From a bacterium (lineage in GTDB: Bacteria > Actinomycetota > Acidimicrobiia > Spongiisociales > ZC4RG35), in contig JAHEJW010000015.1 in assembly GCA_024638655.1 (NCBI GenBank), positions 8,195-72,194 on the forward strand: DNA of 64,000 bases, read 5' to 3'. A model generated the notes under the pieces. It saw nothing but the letters and a program-made list of their open reading frames with translations, had not been told where the DNA came from and did not search any database. A program made the position numbers and the translations under genes. How positions within the stretch are numbered: position 1 is the first letter of the stretch; each line of letters begins with the position of its first letter. Below, piece by piece: positions 46,002-55,663 of this stretch.

Positions 46002-47551
46002 GAACTGTTCGCAGATCGACGGGCGCGTCTCGCGAGGTCGACCAGCTCCGGCGTCTTGAGTAAGTACGAGACCCCCAGGAAGGCAGCCAGCACCGTCACA
46101 CCGCCGACAAGAGCGGCCCCGAGACCAGACAAGATCGTCACATCTCCGCCCCCGAACAATCGGCTCACTACTGGCCAGCCCGCCAGACCGGCGAAGAGCG
46201 CAGCGGTGAGCCCCCTTGCCAGGGACGGTAGGAGCTGTCGTGGCCACTGCCAGCCAGAGTCGCGACCCCAGGCAATCACGAGACCGGCGGAGTATCCGGT
46301 GATGACGATCGTTGACGCGGCGGCAAACCCTTCTATGTCGAACAGCTGGTAGAGCCAAAGCCAGACCGGAATTGCCAGGAGGGTGAACCCGGTGCCGATC
46401 AGCACAGGAGTCCACATTCTTCGCTTTGCATAGAAGTGGCGAGCGAGGATCTGGTGTAGGCCCCAAGCCGGGATGGAGAGCGCGTAGATCGACAGGAGAC
46501 GTGCGACCAACGCCCCGTCCTCGGCGGTGAATTCACCGTATTGATAGATCAGGCGGACCAGTGGTCGCGCCAGGACGACAACGGTCGCCGTGGCAGCTAG
46601 TGCGATGAAGACGGTGTTCCGAGCGGCCCTCCCGGTGGTGGCGGCCAGGCCGTCTTCATCGCCCCTGGCGGCGAGCCGGGCGAGGAACGGGTAGGCAGCC
46701 ACGCCGGCGGCCTGTGCGATCACGCCGACAGGGACCATGTTGAGCCTTCGAGCGAAGTCGAGGGCAGCAGTGGTGCCTACCTCTACCTGGCCGAAGAGCC
46801 TGACGAACTGCTCGTCGAGAACTGCAACAGACTGGCCGATCATGAGGGGCAGGGCCAACAGCAAGTACTCACCGACATAGGACTCCCCGCTCATGTCGCG
46901 GGTGAACCAGGTTCCTGTGCGCTTCGCCCCGAACCATTGGATCCCGAAATTGCCGAGTGCCGACCCGAGCACGGCACCCCACAGGAAAGCCTCGGGTGAG
47001 GGTTCCCCCATGCCGGCTCCGATCAGGCCTCCGGTGATGATCCCAAGGTTGTAGACGAGAGGTGCAAGAGCGGGGAGGAGAAACCGTCGATGGGTGTACT
47101 GCACGGCCATCAGTAGGGAGCCAACGACGAGGAAGATCTGCGCGGGCAGGACGAGACGTGTCATTGCGACCAGACGCTCGGGGTCTGCGGCTTCCGGGAA
47201 GAGCAGAGTGACGATGGGCTGGGCGAGCACCCACATGAGTCCCGTCAGCGCAACGATTCCGACAGAGACGAACCGGAAGACCGACGTGAAGGCTCGGTCG
47301 GCTCGTGCCGAGTCGCCTGCCTCGACGTGACGGCTGAGGATCGGGATCAGGGTGATCGTCAAGTAGGCCCCGGCCAACAGATAACTGAGCAGGTCGGGGA
47401 TGGTGAAGGCCTGTTTGTAGAGGTCCGTTTCCGCACTGACCCCGATGAGACCGGCGAGCAAGGCTTCTCGCCCTAGGCCCAGAAGCCGAGACAAGAGGAC
47501 GCTCCCGGAGATGACCGCGGCCGCGGCTCCCATTCGGAGCGGTCGGCTCAT
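45998..47551 (-). CDS. murJ: lipid II flippase MurJ (MviN family)
   Basis: 517 aa with about 14 helices. N-terminus SGSVLLSRLLGLGREALLAGLIG and FTIPDLL are MurJ hallmarks. Confidence 0.88.
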   Translation of the reverse strand: MSRPLRMGAAAAVISGSVLLSRLLGLGREALLAGLIGVSAETDLYKQAFTIPDLLSYLLAGAYLTITLIPILSRHVEAGDSARADRAFTSVFRFVSVGIVALTGLMWVLAQPIVTLLFPEAADPERLVAMTRLVLPAQIFLVVGSLLMAVQYTHRRFLLPALAPLVYNLGIITGGLIGAGMGEPSPEAFLWGAVLGSALGNFGIQWFGAKRTGTWFTRDMSGESYVGEYLLLALPLMIGQSVAVLDEQFVRLFGQVEVGTTAALDFARRLNMVPVGVIAQAAGVAAYPFLARLAARGDEDGLAATTGRAARNTVFIALAATATVVVLARPLVRLIYQYGEFTAEDGALVARLLSIYALSIPAWGLHQILARHFYAKRRMWTPVLIGTGFTLLAIPVWLWLYQLFDIEGFAAASTIVITGYSAGLVIAWGRDSGWQWPRQLLPSLARGLTAALFAGLAGWPVVSRLFGGGDVTILSGLGAALVGGVTVLAAFLGVSYLLKTPELVDLARRARRSANSS

Positions 47552-48396
47552 GGGGCCCCGGCGTGGCTCCGCAACTCTTCGAGAGTCGACTCGGAAACGT
47601 ATAGGTCGCCGTAGCCGACGCCCAGGTCGAGGCCGTCCTTGTAGGTCCCGTGGTAGTCGCTACCTCCGGAGGGGATCAACCCGAATCGCCGGGCGAGATC
47701 GGCGTACCCGTATCTCTCGTGCCTTTGGTATGCGGAGTATGTGGCCTCGAGCCCGACCAGTCCGGCGCCACAGAGCCGGTGGAGGACGTTCGCCATCCTT
47801 GCTGCTCGGTGGATTCCGAGTGTGTGGGGGTGGGCGAGGATTGGCACCGCACCGGATTCTCGCGCCAGCTGGATCGCTTCCTCGGGATTGAGCCTCGGCC
47901 TCCCCGCGTAGGCGGGTCGGTCATTGGCCAACCAGAGGTCGAAAGCTGTCTTGATGTCAGGCACGTATCCGTGGCGGACCATCACCGCAGCTATGTGCGG
48001 ACGACCGACACTGCCTCCCCCGGCTTCTTCCTGGACTTCCTCGATCGAGACCGGCATCCCTAGCGAATTGAGCGCGTCGACTATTCGCACGTTGCGGCCT
48101 TCCCGGCCGTCCTGCAGTCCCTTCAGCCGGTCCTGGAGCGGTCCGCGTCCGGGTTCCAGCCAGAGAACCACGAGGTGCATTCCCCCGCCGTCGAAGTTGA
48201 GGGAGAGCTCGGTCCCTGGGATCAACTCGATGTCCGCCGAACCCACCGCCTGCCGGGCCTCCGCCAGGCCCTCTTGGGTGTCATGGTCGGTCAGAGCCAG
48301 GGCGGTCAAGCCCTTGTCGATCGCAAGTCGGACCAACCCGGTCGGCGTGTCGGAACCGTCGGACGCCGTCGAATGAGCGTGGAGGTCTACGGCCAA
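47548..48396 (-). CDS. PHP-domain metal-dependent phosphoesterase (TrpH/YciV-like)
   Basis: VDLHAHSTASDGS, LALTDHDT, ILAHP, GGSDYHG. Confidence 0.85.
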   Translation of the reverse strand: MAVDLHAHSTASDGSDTPTGLVRLAIDKGLTALALTDHDTQEGLAEARQAVGSADIELIPGTELSLNFDGGGMHLVVLWLEPGRGPLQDRLKGLQDGREGRNVRIVDALNSLGMPVSIEEVQEEAGGGSVGRPHIAAVMVRHGYVPDIKTAFDLWLANDRPAYAGRPRLNPEEAIQLARESGAVPILAHPHTLGIHRAARMANVLHRLCGAGLVGLEATYSAYQRHERYGYADLARRFGLIPSGGSDYHGTYKDGLDLGVGYGDLYVSESTLEELRSHAGAP

Positions 48397-48423
48397 CTGA
48401 CTACTTGATGTGCGGCGGCTCCG

Positions 48424-49215
48424 TCAAGAGCTCGCGACGTCTATCGATATGGATTCGATGTACACCGTCTCCCGAGGCAGGCTCTGTTCGACAGAGCCGG
48501 GTGCAGTACCGGTCTCTACTTCGGCGATTCGCTCCAGGGTGTCCTGTCCGGACACCATTTCTCCCAGGACGTTGAACAGGGGTGTGAGGTGACGGGCGTC
48601 GTCTCCGATGACGATGAAGAACTGTGAGCCTGTGCTGCGCGTGCCGCGATTGGCCATCGCGACCGTTCCCTCCTCATAGGTGAATTCGTCATCCACCGGA
48701 AACTCATCTTCGATGATGTATCCGGGCCCGCCGGTGCCGTCAGCCTCCGGGTCACCCCCTTGGATGACGAAGTCCTTGGCGATGCGATGAAAGACTTGCC
48801 CATCGAAATAGCCCTCACGTGCCAGGAAGACGAATGAGTTGACCGTGTCCGGGTAGTTGGCTGGATCGAGCTCGATCACGATCTCGCCACATGAGGTCGT
48901 GATGGTGGCCGTCACCTCAGAATCTCCGTTGACGTCGGTCTGGGGCTCGGGAGATGCGAAGGACATCACCTCCTCGGATGGAGGCGCTTCTGCCCCACAA
49001 GCGGTCGTCTGCTCGCGAAAACCGTCGTAACTGGTGGGGGTGTCCGAGCTCGGCCCACCAAAGATCCCACTGACAGCAAAGATCCCGACGACCACGATTC
49101 CAAACACGAATGCCGTGATCAGACGACGACCGAGCTCCCGTCGCTGTTCCTGTTTGCGCTCGGCCTCCCTCTTGGCAGCCCGTTGCTCTTTTTGACGCTG
49201 TCTCCGATCCGACAT
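48424..49215 (-). CDS. membrane-anchored cyclophilin-type peptidyl-prolyl isomerase
   Basis: Basic N-terminus plus helix, then FHRIAKDFVIQGGDP, VAMANRGTRSTGSQFFIV. Confidence 0.9.
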   Translation of the reverse strand: MSDRRQRQKEQRAAKREAERKQEQRRELGRRLITAFVFGIVVVGIFAVSGIFGGPSSDTPTSYDGFREQTTACGAEAPPSEEVMSFASPEPQTDVNGDSEVTATITTSCGEIVIELDPANYPDTVNSFVFLAREGYFDGQVFHRIAKDFVIQGGDPEADGTGGPGYIIEDEFPVDDEFTYEEGTVAMANRGTRSTGSQFFIVIGDDARHLTPLFNVLGEMVSGQDTLERIAEVETGTAPGSVEQSLPRETVYIESISIDVASS

Positions 49216-49373
49216 GGCGGGCGCGACTCTAGGCGGCTGACGTGAGCAACCTCGAAGGCGTCGTTCGCCGACAGTGGCGTACGGACCGGACGTGCGGGGT
49301 GGTTTCCGGTGGTTTTTGGAGGAGCGGCAGGGTCTTTCGCATTTGGTGGCAGACCGTCCAAACTGATGCTGTC

Positions 49374-50606
49374 ATGTCGATCGTCGTCCAGAAATACGGA
49401 GGCACCTCAGTTGCCGATCCCGACCGCATCAAGGCGGTGGCGGACAGGATCCGGACAGTCCGGGACCAAGGCGACGATGTCGTAGTCGTCGTCTCGGCTA
49501 TGGGGAAAACAACCGACGAGTTCCTGGCGCTCGCTGCCGAGGTGAGCGACGATCCGTTGCCGCGCGAAATGGACATGCTTCTCACCGCGGGGGAGCGAAT
49601 CACCATGGCGCTCCTAGCCATGGCCCTGAACGACCGGGGAGTCCCAGCGGTCAGCTACACCGGGTCACAGGCCGGCATTCTGACGGACTCCTCCCATGGG
49701 GAGGCGAGAATCACTCGCATAACCGGTGAGAGGGTCAAGGAGTCGCTGGCAGACGGGAAAGCTGTCATTGTCGCCGGGTTTCAGGGTGTCGACCCCGAGT
49801 CCAAAGAGGTGACAACCCTCGGGCGCGGCGGGTCTGATGCCACTGCTGTGGCTCTTGCCGCTGCGCTCGAGGCCGATGCCTGCGAGATATACACCGACGT
49901 CGACGGAGTCTTCACCGCCGATCCCCGGATCGTGCCCGCAGCCCGTAAACTCGACGAAGTCTCTTTCGACGAGATGCTAGAGCTGTCGGCTGGTGGAGCC
50001 GGTGTCCTGATGTCACGCTCGGTCGAGTTCGGGAGACGTTTTCACATACCGATCCACGTCAGGTCGTCATTCCACGACGCACCAGGCACATGGGTGAAGG
50101 AGACCCCCATGGAACAGGCCATCATCAGCGGCATCGCACACGATCGCTCCGAGGCGAAAGTGACGGTGAATGGCGTCCCCGATCAGCCCGGCATCGCCGC
50201 TGCCGTATTCGGTGAGTTGGCCGATGCGGGCCTCAATGTCGACATGATCGTCCAGAACGTCTCACATGACGGCACGACCGACATCAGCTTCACAGTCCCG
50301 AGAGCGAACGTCTCGGAGGCGGAGACGATCTCAAAGCAGGTCGCCGACGAGATCGGTGCCCGGTCGGTCGACGTCGACACAGAGATAGGCAAGGTCTCCC
50401 TCGTCGGAGCGGGGATGAAGTCTCATCCCGGCGTGGCTGCGCGCACATTCAAAGCTCTGTCGGATGCCGGCATCAATATCGAGATGATCTCCACTTCGAC
50501 GATCCGCATCTCTTGTGTGGTCAAGGCCGACCAGGTCGAAGCAGCGGTGAACGCCCTTCACGACGCCTTCGATCCGCCGGTCATCTCCGAAGAGGTGGGG
50601 GCATGA
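49374..50606 (+). CDS. ask: aspartate kinase (alpha subunit reading frame)
   Basis: [27 protein letters not shown]-like motif, two C-terminal ACT domains. Confidence 0.92.
   Translation: MSIVVQKYGGTSVADPDRIKAVADRIRTVRDQGDDVVVVVSAMGKTTDEFLALAAEVSDDPLPREMDMLLTAGERITMALLAMALNDRGVPAVSYTGSQAGILTDSSHGEARITRITGERVKESLADGKAVIVAGFQGVDPESKEVTTLGRGGSDATAVALAAALEADACEIYTDVDGVFTADPRIVPAARKLDEVSFDEMLELSAGGAGVLMSRSVEFGRRFHIPIHVRSSFHDAPGTWVKETPMEQAIISGIAHDRSEAKVTVNGVPDQPGIAAAVFGELADAGLNVDMIVQNVSHDGTTDISFTVPRANVSEAETISKQVADEIGARSVDVDTEIGKVSLVGAGMKSHPGVAARTFKALSDAGINIEMISTSTIRISCVVKADQVEAAVNALHDAFDPPVISEEVGA
50109..50606 (+). CDS. aspartate kinase beta subunit from in-frame internal start
   Basis: SD GAAGGAG (50096-50102) lies 6 nt upstream of in-frame ATG 50109. 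The product [20 protein letters not shown]... aligns with the known start of the actinobacterial LysC-beta subunit. Confidence 0.55.
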   Translation: MEQAIISGIAHDRSEAKVTVNGVPDQPGIAAAVFGELADAGLNVDMIVQNVSHDGTTDISFTVPRANVSEAETISKQVADEIGARSVDVDTEIGKVSLVGAGMKSHPGVAARTFKALSDAGINIEMISTSTIRISCVVKADQVEAAVNALHDAFDPPVISEEVGA

Positions 50607-51616
50607 CCGCTCCAGTTGTCGCCGTCGTCGGTGCAACCGGTGCCGTGGGTAGGACCATGGTGTCGATCCTCGACGAGCGCGGCTTCCCACTCTCATCGCT
50701 CCGTCTCATGGCTTCGGCCCGTTCGGCCGGCGGTGTCGTGTCGACCCGATGGGGAGAGGTCGAGGTCGAGGACCTGGCCCACGCCGACCCCGAGGGCATA
50801 GACATCGCCCTGTTCTCGGCCGGGGGAAGCCGGTCGAGAGAACATGCCGGGCGTTTTGTGGACGCCGGAGTCACAGTCATCGACAACTCGTCCGCCTTTC
50901 GCATGGATCCCGGGGTGCCCCTGGTCGTGGCTCAGGTCAACGATGACGCCGCGCAGGGGAACCCGGGCATCATCGCCAACCCGAATTGCACGACCATGAC
51001 ACTCATGATGGCGGTTGGCCCGTTGCACGAAGCAGCCGGGCTTCGATCAGTCGTGGCTACCTCATATCAGGCTGTCTCGGGATCCGGTCAGCAGGGTGTC
51101 GACGAGCTGATGAACCAGAACACGTCCCTGATGCCCGCACCTGAGCTGCTCATTCGCGGGGGATGGACAGAGCCGGAGCACACCGTGTATCGACGTCCGA
51201 TTGGCTTCAACACGTTGCCTTTCGCCGGCAACGAGGTCGACGGTGGTTACACGGACGAGGAGATGAAGCTGGTGAATGAGTCCCGCAAGATCCTCGACAT
51301 CCCGGATCTGATGGTGGAGCCGACATGCGTGAGGGTTCCGGTGCTGGTCGGTCACGGGGTCGCCGCCACACTTCGCTTCGAACGTCACCTGACCGCTGAC
51401 GAGGCGATGGCGGTGCTGAGCTCGGCACCGGGTCTGGCCCTCTGGAAGGATCGGGTCCCCACGGCCCTCGACAGTGCCGGCATTGATGACGTATTGGCTG
51501 GTCGGGTCCGAGAGACACTCGGCGAGCCGGGTGGCATCAACCTCTGGGTGGTTGGGGACAATCTGCGCAAGGGAGCGGCCCTCAACGCCGTCCAGATCGC
51601 CGAGCTGCTTCGCTGA
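50603..51616 (+). CDS. asd: aspartate-semialdehyde dehydrogenase
   Basis: [12 protein letters not shown], active-site [16 protein letters not shown] overlaps the ask stop (ATGA). Confidence 0.92.
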   Translation: MTAPVVAVVGATGAVGRTMVSILDERGFPLSSLRLMASARSAGGVVSTRWGEVEVEDLAHADPEGIDIALFSAGGSRSREHAGRFVDAGVTVIDNSSAFRMDPGVPLVVAQVNDDAAQGNPGIIANPNCTTMTLMMAVGPLHEAAGLRSVVATSYQAVSGSGQQGVDELMNQNTSLMPAPELLIRGGWTEPEHTVYRRPIGFNTLPFAGNEVDGGYTDEEMKLVNESRKILDIPDLMVEPTCVRVPVLVGHGVAATLRFERHLTADEAMAVLSSAPGLALWKDRVPTALDSAGIDDVLAGRVRETLGEPGGINLWVVGDNLRKGAALNAVQIAELLR

Positions 51617-51677
51617 CACGTCCCCCGATCTGTCGAGAACCGACCGGCGTTATCCTCCCGAGGCCCAAGGAGAGCTT

Positions 51678-51941
51678 GTGCAGATAGATATCAAGTATTG
51701 CGTGCCCTGAAACTACTTCGACCGCGCCGTGAGCGCGGCTTCGGACATCCTCAGCAACTACCAACACGTCATCGACTCACTCACACTGACGACCGGCTCC
51801 AAGGGAGTCTTCGATGTCACGGTCGACGGTGACCTCCTCTACTCGAAACACGAGACGGGGCGTCATGCCGAGCCGGGTGAGGTTCTCGAGCTCTTCACCG
51901 AGAAGCATGCAGGGGACGTGACTCCCTACGCCCACGGGTGA
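51678..51941 (+). CDS. SelW/SelT/SelH (Rdx) family selenoprotein with in-frame UGA (Sec) at 51708-51710
   Basis: SD AAGGAG (51667-51672) lies 5 nt before GTG 51678. Translation is [63 protein letters not shown].... The two track ORFs (ending 51710, starting 51729) are in the same frame and separated only by this TGA. The C-x-x-U position matches the Rdx redox motif. Confidence 0.75.
51722..51738 (+). other. candidate bacterial SECIS hairpin
   Basis: ccgcgc-cguga-gcgcgg, a 6-bp GC stem with a 5-nt loop containing GU. It starts 11 nt after the UGA. Confidence 0.5.
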
Positions 51942-51988
51942 CCCAGGGCTGGCGCCCCAAAACCTGGCCGATACAATCAGTCACTGAT

Positions 51989-52065
51989 CGGGACGTGGCG
52001 CAGTTTGGCAGCGCGCAGCGTTCGGGACGCTGAGGTCGTCGGTTCAAATCCGACCGTCCCGACCA
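51989..52065 (+). tRNA. tRNA-Pro (anticodon CGG)
   Basis: 77 nt cloverleaf folded by hand. Acceptor CGGGACG/CGUCCCG, D stem GCGC/GCGC, anticodon stem CAGCG/CGCUG with loop UUCGGGA, T arm GUCGG-UUCAAAU-CCGAC, discriminator A, encoded CCA. Confidence 0.92.
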
Positions 52066-52079
52066 TGTTGGGTGCGGGT

Positions 52080-52102
52080 CAGGGGTATCTGACTCACCCC
52101 TG
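52080..52102. terminator. hairpin between tRNA-Pro and the convergent small gene
   Basis: caggggt-atctgactc-acccctg, a 7-bp stem. Confidence 0.4.
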
Positions 52103-52144
52103 CCGGCGCCTGTTCATTCCCTGGAAGCCAGGGGCGGGGGGCCC

Positions 52145-52462
52145 TCAAGCCCCTTGCTGGCCTTCACTGTGCTCTCTGAGGTACTTCGCCATTCGCTTGC
52201 GCAGCGCCGGATGTGCGTTCCTGAGCCCGAGCTCGACCGCGAACCGAGCATCATCGGCCACCTCGAGGACCACATCCTCACCCTCAGCGCGGACATGGAA
52301 TCCGTCCTCGAGGGCCGTAACCCGGATCTCAGACAACGGCCAGTCCGCAACCTCGCTTTGGCCGGTCCTCAGATGGAGGTGTGCATCGGTGATCTGAACG
52401 ACGACGTTGAGGGGTGGCCCGGCGTCCCCATACATTCGGAGCGTCGCATCGAACGAGCTCAT
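52145..52462 (-). CDS. conserved hypothetical ~105-aa protein, paralog A
   Basis: MSSFDATLRMYGDAGPPL...EIRVTALEDGFHVRAEGEDVVLEVADDARFAVELGLRNAHPALRKRM. Clearly paralogous to 60240-60539. Confidence 0.62.
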   Translation of the reverse strand: MSSFDATLRMYGDAGPPLNVVVQITDAHLHLRTGQSEVADWPLSEIRVTALEDGFHVRAEGEDVVLEVADDARFAVELGLRNAHPALRKRMAKYLREHSEGQQGA

Positions 52463-52528
52463 ACCAGGACCACCCAAGTTGGTGTATCTCCGATCAGAGT
52501 ACCGGAGGCCCCCTTGGCCCGCTGTGTA

Positions 52529-53854
52529 TTACGACGCCGCTCGCTCGTGATCGAAGAGGTGGGCGTTGTGAAAGAAGCCGTGAACACTGAACGGCTTCTC
52601 TGCCTCGTCGAGGTGTGGCGGGTAAACCACGGCGCTGGCAAGAGCGCCCACGATGCACGCAGTTCCGCAGATGGCGAACGCCAGTGGGAAGTTCCCGACA
52701 TCACCCAGCCACCCACCCAGGACGGGAAAGATGATTCCTCCTGCCCCATAGGAGAGGAAGACCCAGGGGTAGTTCTGACCCACCGCGGCATTGCCGAACT
52801 CGTCCGCAGTCAGTGCGGGGAAGAGGGCGAAATTGCCACCGAAGTTGAAGCCGATGAGCGTGGCGGCGAGGTAGAGGCTCCATTGGCTCCCGGCCATCGC
52901 AACGAACAGGAACAGAAAGAGCCCTTGGGTGGCGGTCATGATGATCACTGACCGCTTCCGTCCGAGTCTGTCACTCAAGAGACCCCAGATGATGCGGCCG
53001 GCACCATTGGCCAGGCTGAAGAAGACAGCCATGGCGGTACCGGCGATGGCGCTGGCCTCGACGGTCGACAACCCGTTGTCCATGAGGGCCTCGATCGGGT
53101 AGAGCTTCATGAGGCCGATCGCCATCAACCCCGCTCCGGCACTCACTGCGAAGGTGAGCGAGATCAAATGGAATTGCGGCGTACGCAGCATTTGGCGTGG
53201 CTGGTAGTTCTCGCCACCTTCACCGGCCGACTGCTCGGGCACGAACCCAGCCGGAGCCCATCCGGCCGGCGGCATCTCCATCACCGTCGAACCTGCGGAC
53301 ACGAGGACACTGAACAGAACACCGTAGACCACAAAGGTCCCGGCCAGTCCGATGCCGTTGATCAGTTCGCCCCATGAGCCGGCCAGTTTTACCCAGCCGA
53401 GTGCTCCGAAACCAAAGCCGGCCACAGCGACGCCGGTGATCATTCCTTTGTGGTCCGGGAACCATCGCATGCCTACGGCTATGGGGACGACATAAGCGAG
53501 TCCGATCCCGGCACCCCCAATCACCCCCACGCCGAGAAGCACAGACCAGAAACTCGATCCGCCGCCAATGGCTGCAATCACGTACCCCATTCCCAGGACG
53601 ATTCCCCCCGACAGCGCCAGACGTCTCGGTCCCCAGACCGGCAGTCTTCGACCCGCCAGGACCATCACGACTGCAAAGGTCGCCAGACCCGTGGAGAACA
53701 CCACCTGGGTCTCGACATTGCTCCAGCCGGCATCCCTCAGAGCAGGGGTGAAGACCGACCAGGCGTATATCGCTCCAAGGCAAAGCTGGATCAGGACGGC
53801 ACCGACTATGACGGGCCATCGGCGCCTGGTGGTTTCGACTGCGGTCGCCGACAT
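52529..53854 (-). CDS. MFS transporter (oxalate/formate antiporter-like)
   Basis: 441 aa with 12 helices. N-terminus RRRWPVIVGAVLIQLCLGAIYAWSVF is typical of the OFA subfamily. Confidence 0.85.
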   Translation of the reverse strand: MSATAVETTRRRWPVIVGAVLIQLCLGAIYAWSVFTPALRDAGWSNVETQVVFSTGLATFAVVMVLAGRRLPVWGPRRLALSGGIVLGMGYVIAAIGGGSSFWSVLLGVGVIGGAGIGLAYVVPIAVGMRWFPDHKGMITGVAVAGFGFGALGWVKLAGSWGELINGIGLAGTFVVYGVLFSVLVSAGSTVMEMPPAGWAPAGFVPEQSAGEGGENYQPRQMLRTPQFHLISLTFAVSAGAGLMAIGLMKLYPIEALMDNGLSTVEASAIAGTAMAVFFSLANGAGRIIWGLLSDRLGRKRSVIIMTATQGLFLFLFVAMAGSQWSLYLAATLIGFNFGGNFALFPALTADEFGNAAVGQNYPWVFLSYGAGGIIFPVLGGWLGDVGNFPLAFAICGTACIVGALASAVVYPPHLDEAEKPFSVHGFFHNAHLFDHERAAS

Positions 53855-53983
53855 TGTGCGTCTCCTCGAGGACTACTCCCTGGCAGCACCAGAATTACCC
53901 CGGCGGGAGGCATGCGCATACGGTCATATGGCCCATCTCAGGCTGCTGTTCGCCCATTTTTGAACGAGGGTCAAGCCCCAGGG

Positions 53984-54700
53984 TCAGAAACCGACCGGCT
54001 GCCCTTGCCATGGCGGGCGAGTCCCGGCCTCGAACTCTTCAACCGACGGCCCGTCCAACTCGCCGAGCCATCGTCGTCCCAGCACGTAAGTGGCTATGAG
54101 AAGCACGAGCAGTGCCGGCCAGCCAGTGATGACCCTGGCCACCCCGAGCGCAGTCGTTGCATCCTGGGAGAAGAGCCACCACTGGGTTCCGGTCCGCAAC
54201 CCGAAGAAAGCCGCCCACATCCAACTAGCCCGTAGATATGCAGGCCTGACACGAGGTTGCCAGTACCACTCGATCGGCCAGCCTCTCATCAGCCAGCTGG
54301 TCCAAGCGACGAACGGCTTTTTGAGGAGGTTGGAGATGACGATGCCGACGGTGGTCAACGTCCCGGTGATCAGGCCGGGCAGGAAGAAACTCGCCGAGCT
54401 GTCGGCGCGAAGCGCCACCAACACCGCGAGAAGCGTTCCCCCGAGCCCGGCCAGGGCGAATCGCAATTGCCTTCCACGCAGCATCCGCCAGAGGACGATT
54501 GAAACCGCCGATCCGAGCCCGACGATTGCGGCGGGAACGAGGCCGGACGTCGCGTCAACCGCGATGAAGGCGAGAGGTGGGACAATGCCGTCTGCGACGT
54601 TGACTTTGCCGGTGAAGAGCTGGGTCAGCTCGCCGAGGATTTCGTCCTTCAGCCCGGTCGAATTCTCACCTTCGCTCTGTGGTGCGTTTCTGTCATCCAT
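53984..54700 (-). CDS. DUF3159-like actinobacterial membrane protein
   Basis: Polytopic, with GIVPPLAFIAVDA...NLLKKPFVAW...WAAFFGLRTGTQWWLF. Start at MDDRN overlaps the pirin stop by 8 nt. Confidence 0.62.
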   Translation of the reverse strand: MDDRNAPQSEGENSTGLKDEILGELTQLFTGKVNVADGIVPPLAFIAVDATSGLVPAAIVGLGSAVSIVLWRMLRGRQLRFALAGLGGTLLAVLVALRADSSASFFLPGLITGTLTTVGIVISNLLKKPFVAWTSWLMRGWPIEWYWQPRVRPAYLRASWMWAAFFGLRTGTQWWLFSQDATTALGVARVITGWPALLVLLIATYVLGRRWLGELDGPSVEEFEAGTRPPWQGQPVGF

Positions 54701-55634
54701 CCCGGGGAATCCAGGGTGGACGCGGGGCCTCCATGCGCTGAAGCGGAGATGGAACCGGTCCAAATCGGTCTTCATCGCCCACCTGCCAGGCGTGCCACGC
54801 CTCAGTTATCTCGTCGGTGGTTCGCGCAACGAAGTTCCACCACATCTTGACCTCCTCACCCAGAGGTTCCCCGCCCAGAATCATCAACCGCGCGGAGCTG
54901 CCCCGCGTTTCGATCCGCAACAGCTCGTGCCCGCTCGGGACGATCGCGAGTGCTCCTGGCTCGACGATGGTGTCTTCGACCTTGACCGAACGATCGATCG
55001 GGATCACCGCATGCTCAAACGATTGGTTGGTGGGTAGGTGAACGTATGGGGTGACCCGAAGGTCGAGCCCAACTGTCGGGTGATCGACCTCGGCCGGAGA
55101 AGCGGCCTCTCCCAGCTCACCGATCAGCACCCGCGCTTCTCCTGATCCAAGATCGGCCGTGGGGAGCTCGCCGAGATGTTGAAATCGCGACCCACCATGA
55201 CGGGTGCCCTCCGTCTGGGCGAGCCACATCTGAACCCCCATGGTCGAGCTGTCTGCGGCCACGCGGGCCGTCTCCAGACCCTGTTCGGCATGAGCGATTC
55301 CGTTGCCTGAGGTCATGAGATTCAGCTGGCCCGGTCGTATCAACTGCTCGGTGCCGAGGGAGTCGGAGTGGAGTGCGGAACCGGCAAACAGCCAGGTGAC
55401 GGTGGCAAGGCCTATGTGAGGGTGGGGCCCGATCTCCAGTGGGGGAGGCGCTTGCATGTCGTCGGGACTCATCAGGTCGACGAAACACCAGGGGCCAATC
55501 GTTCTCCGTCGTTTGGTGGGAAGGACCCGAACGATCCCGAGCCGACCGATGTTGGTCGTCCGGCCCTCGCGGACCTCGATGGCACTCATGCCGAGATCAC
55601 TCGTTGAGGTCTGGTCTTCGACGGGACCGCTCAT
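54693..55634 (-). CDS. pirin family protein
   Basis: GPHPHIGLATVTWLF, TSGNGIAHAE, bicupin length. Confidence 0.9.
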   Translation of the reverse strand: MSGPVEDQTSTSDLGMSAIEVREGRTTNIGRLGIVRVLPTKRRRTIGPWCFVDLMSPDDMQAPPPLEIGPHPHIGLATVTWLFAGSALHSDSLGTEQLIRPGQLNLMTSGNGIAHAEQGLETARVAADSSTMGVQMWLAQTEGTRHGGSRFQHLGELPTADLGSGEARVLIGELGEAASPAEVDHPTVGLDLRVTPYVHLPTNQSFEHAVIPIDRSVKVEDTIVEPGALAIVPSGHELLRIETRGSSARLMILGGEPLGEEVKMWWNFVARTTDEITEAWHAWQVGDEDRFGPVPSPLQRMEAPRPPWIPRDG

Positions 55635-55663
55635 GACTTCACAACGTTATACGGTCGCATCCA

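Noticed and set aside
51474-51710. 78-aa ORF ending ...QIDIKYCVP, read as an independent gene
   Set aside because: Its first two thirds are an alternate frame of the asd 3' end. Only the last 10 codons, from GTG 51678, are real, and they form the N-terminus of the selenoprotein that continues through the TGA.
51989-52144. tRNA-Pro as an integration hotspot marking a genomic island
   Set aside because: There is no integrase, no direct repeat of the tRNA 3' end and no compositional shift downstream. The flanking genes look like core actinobacterial genes.
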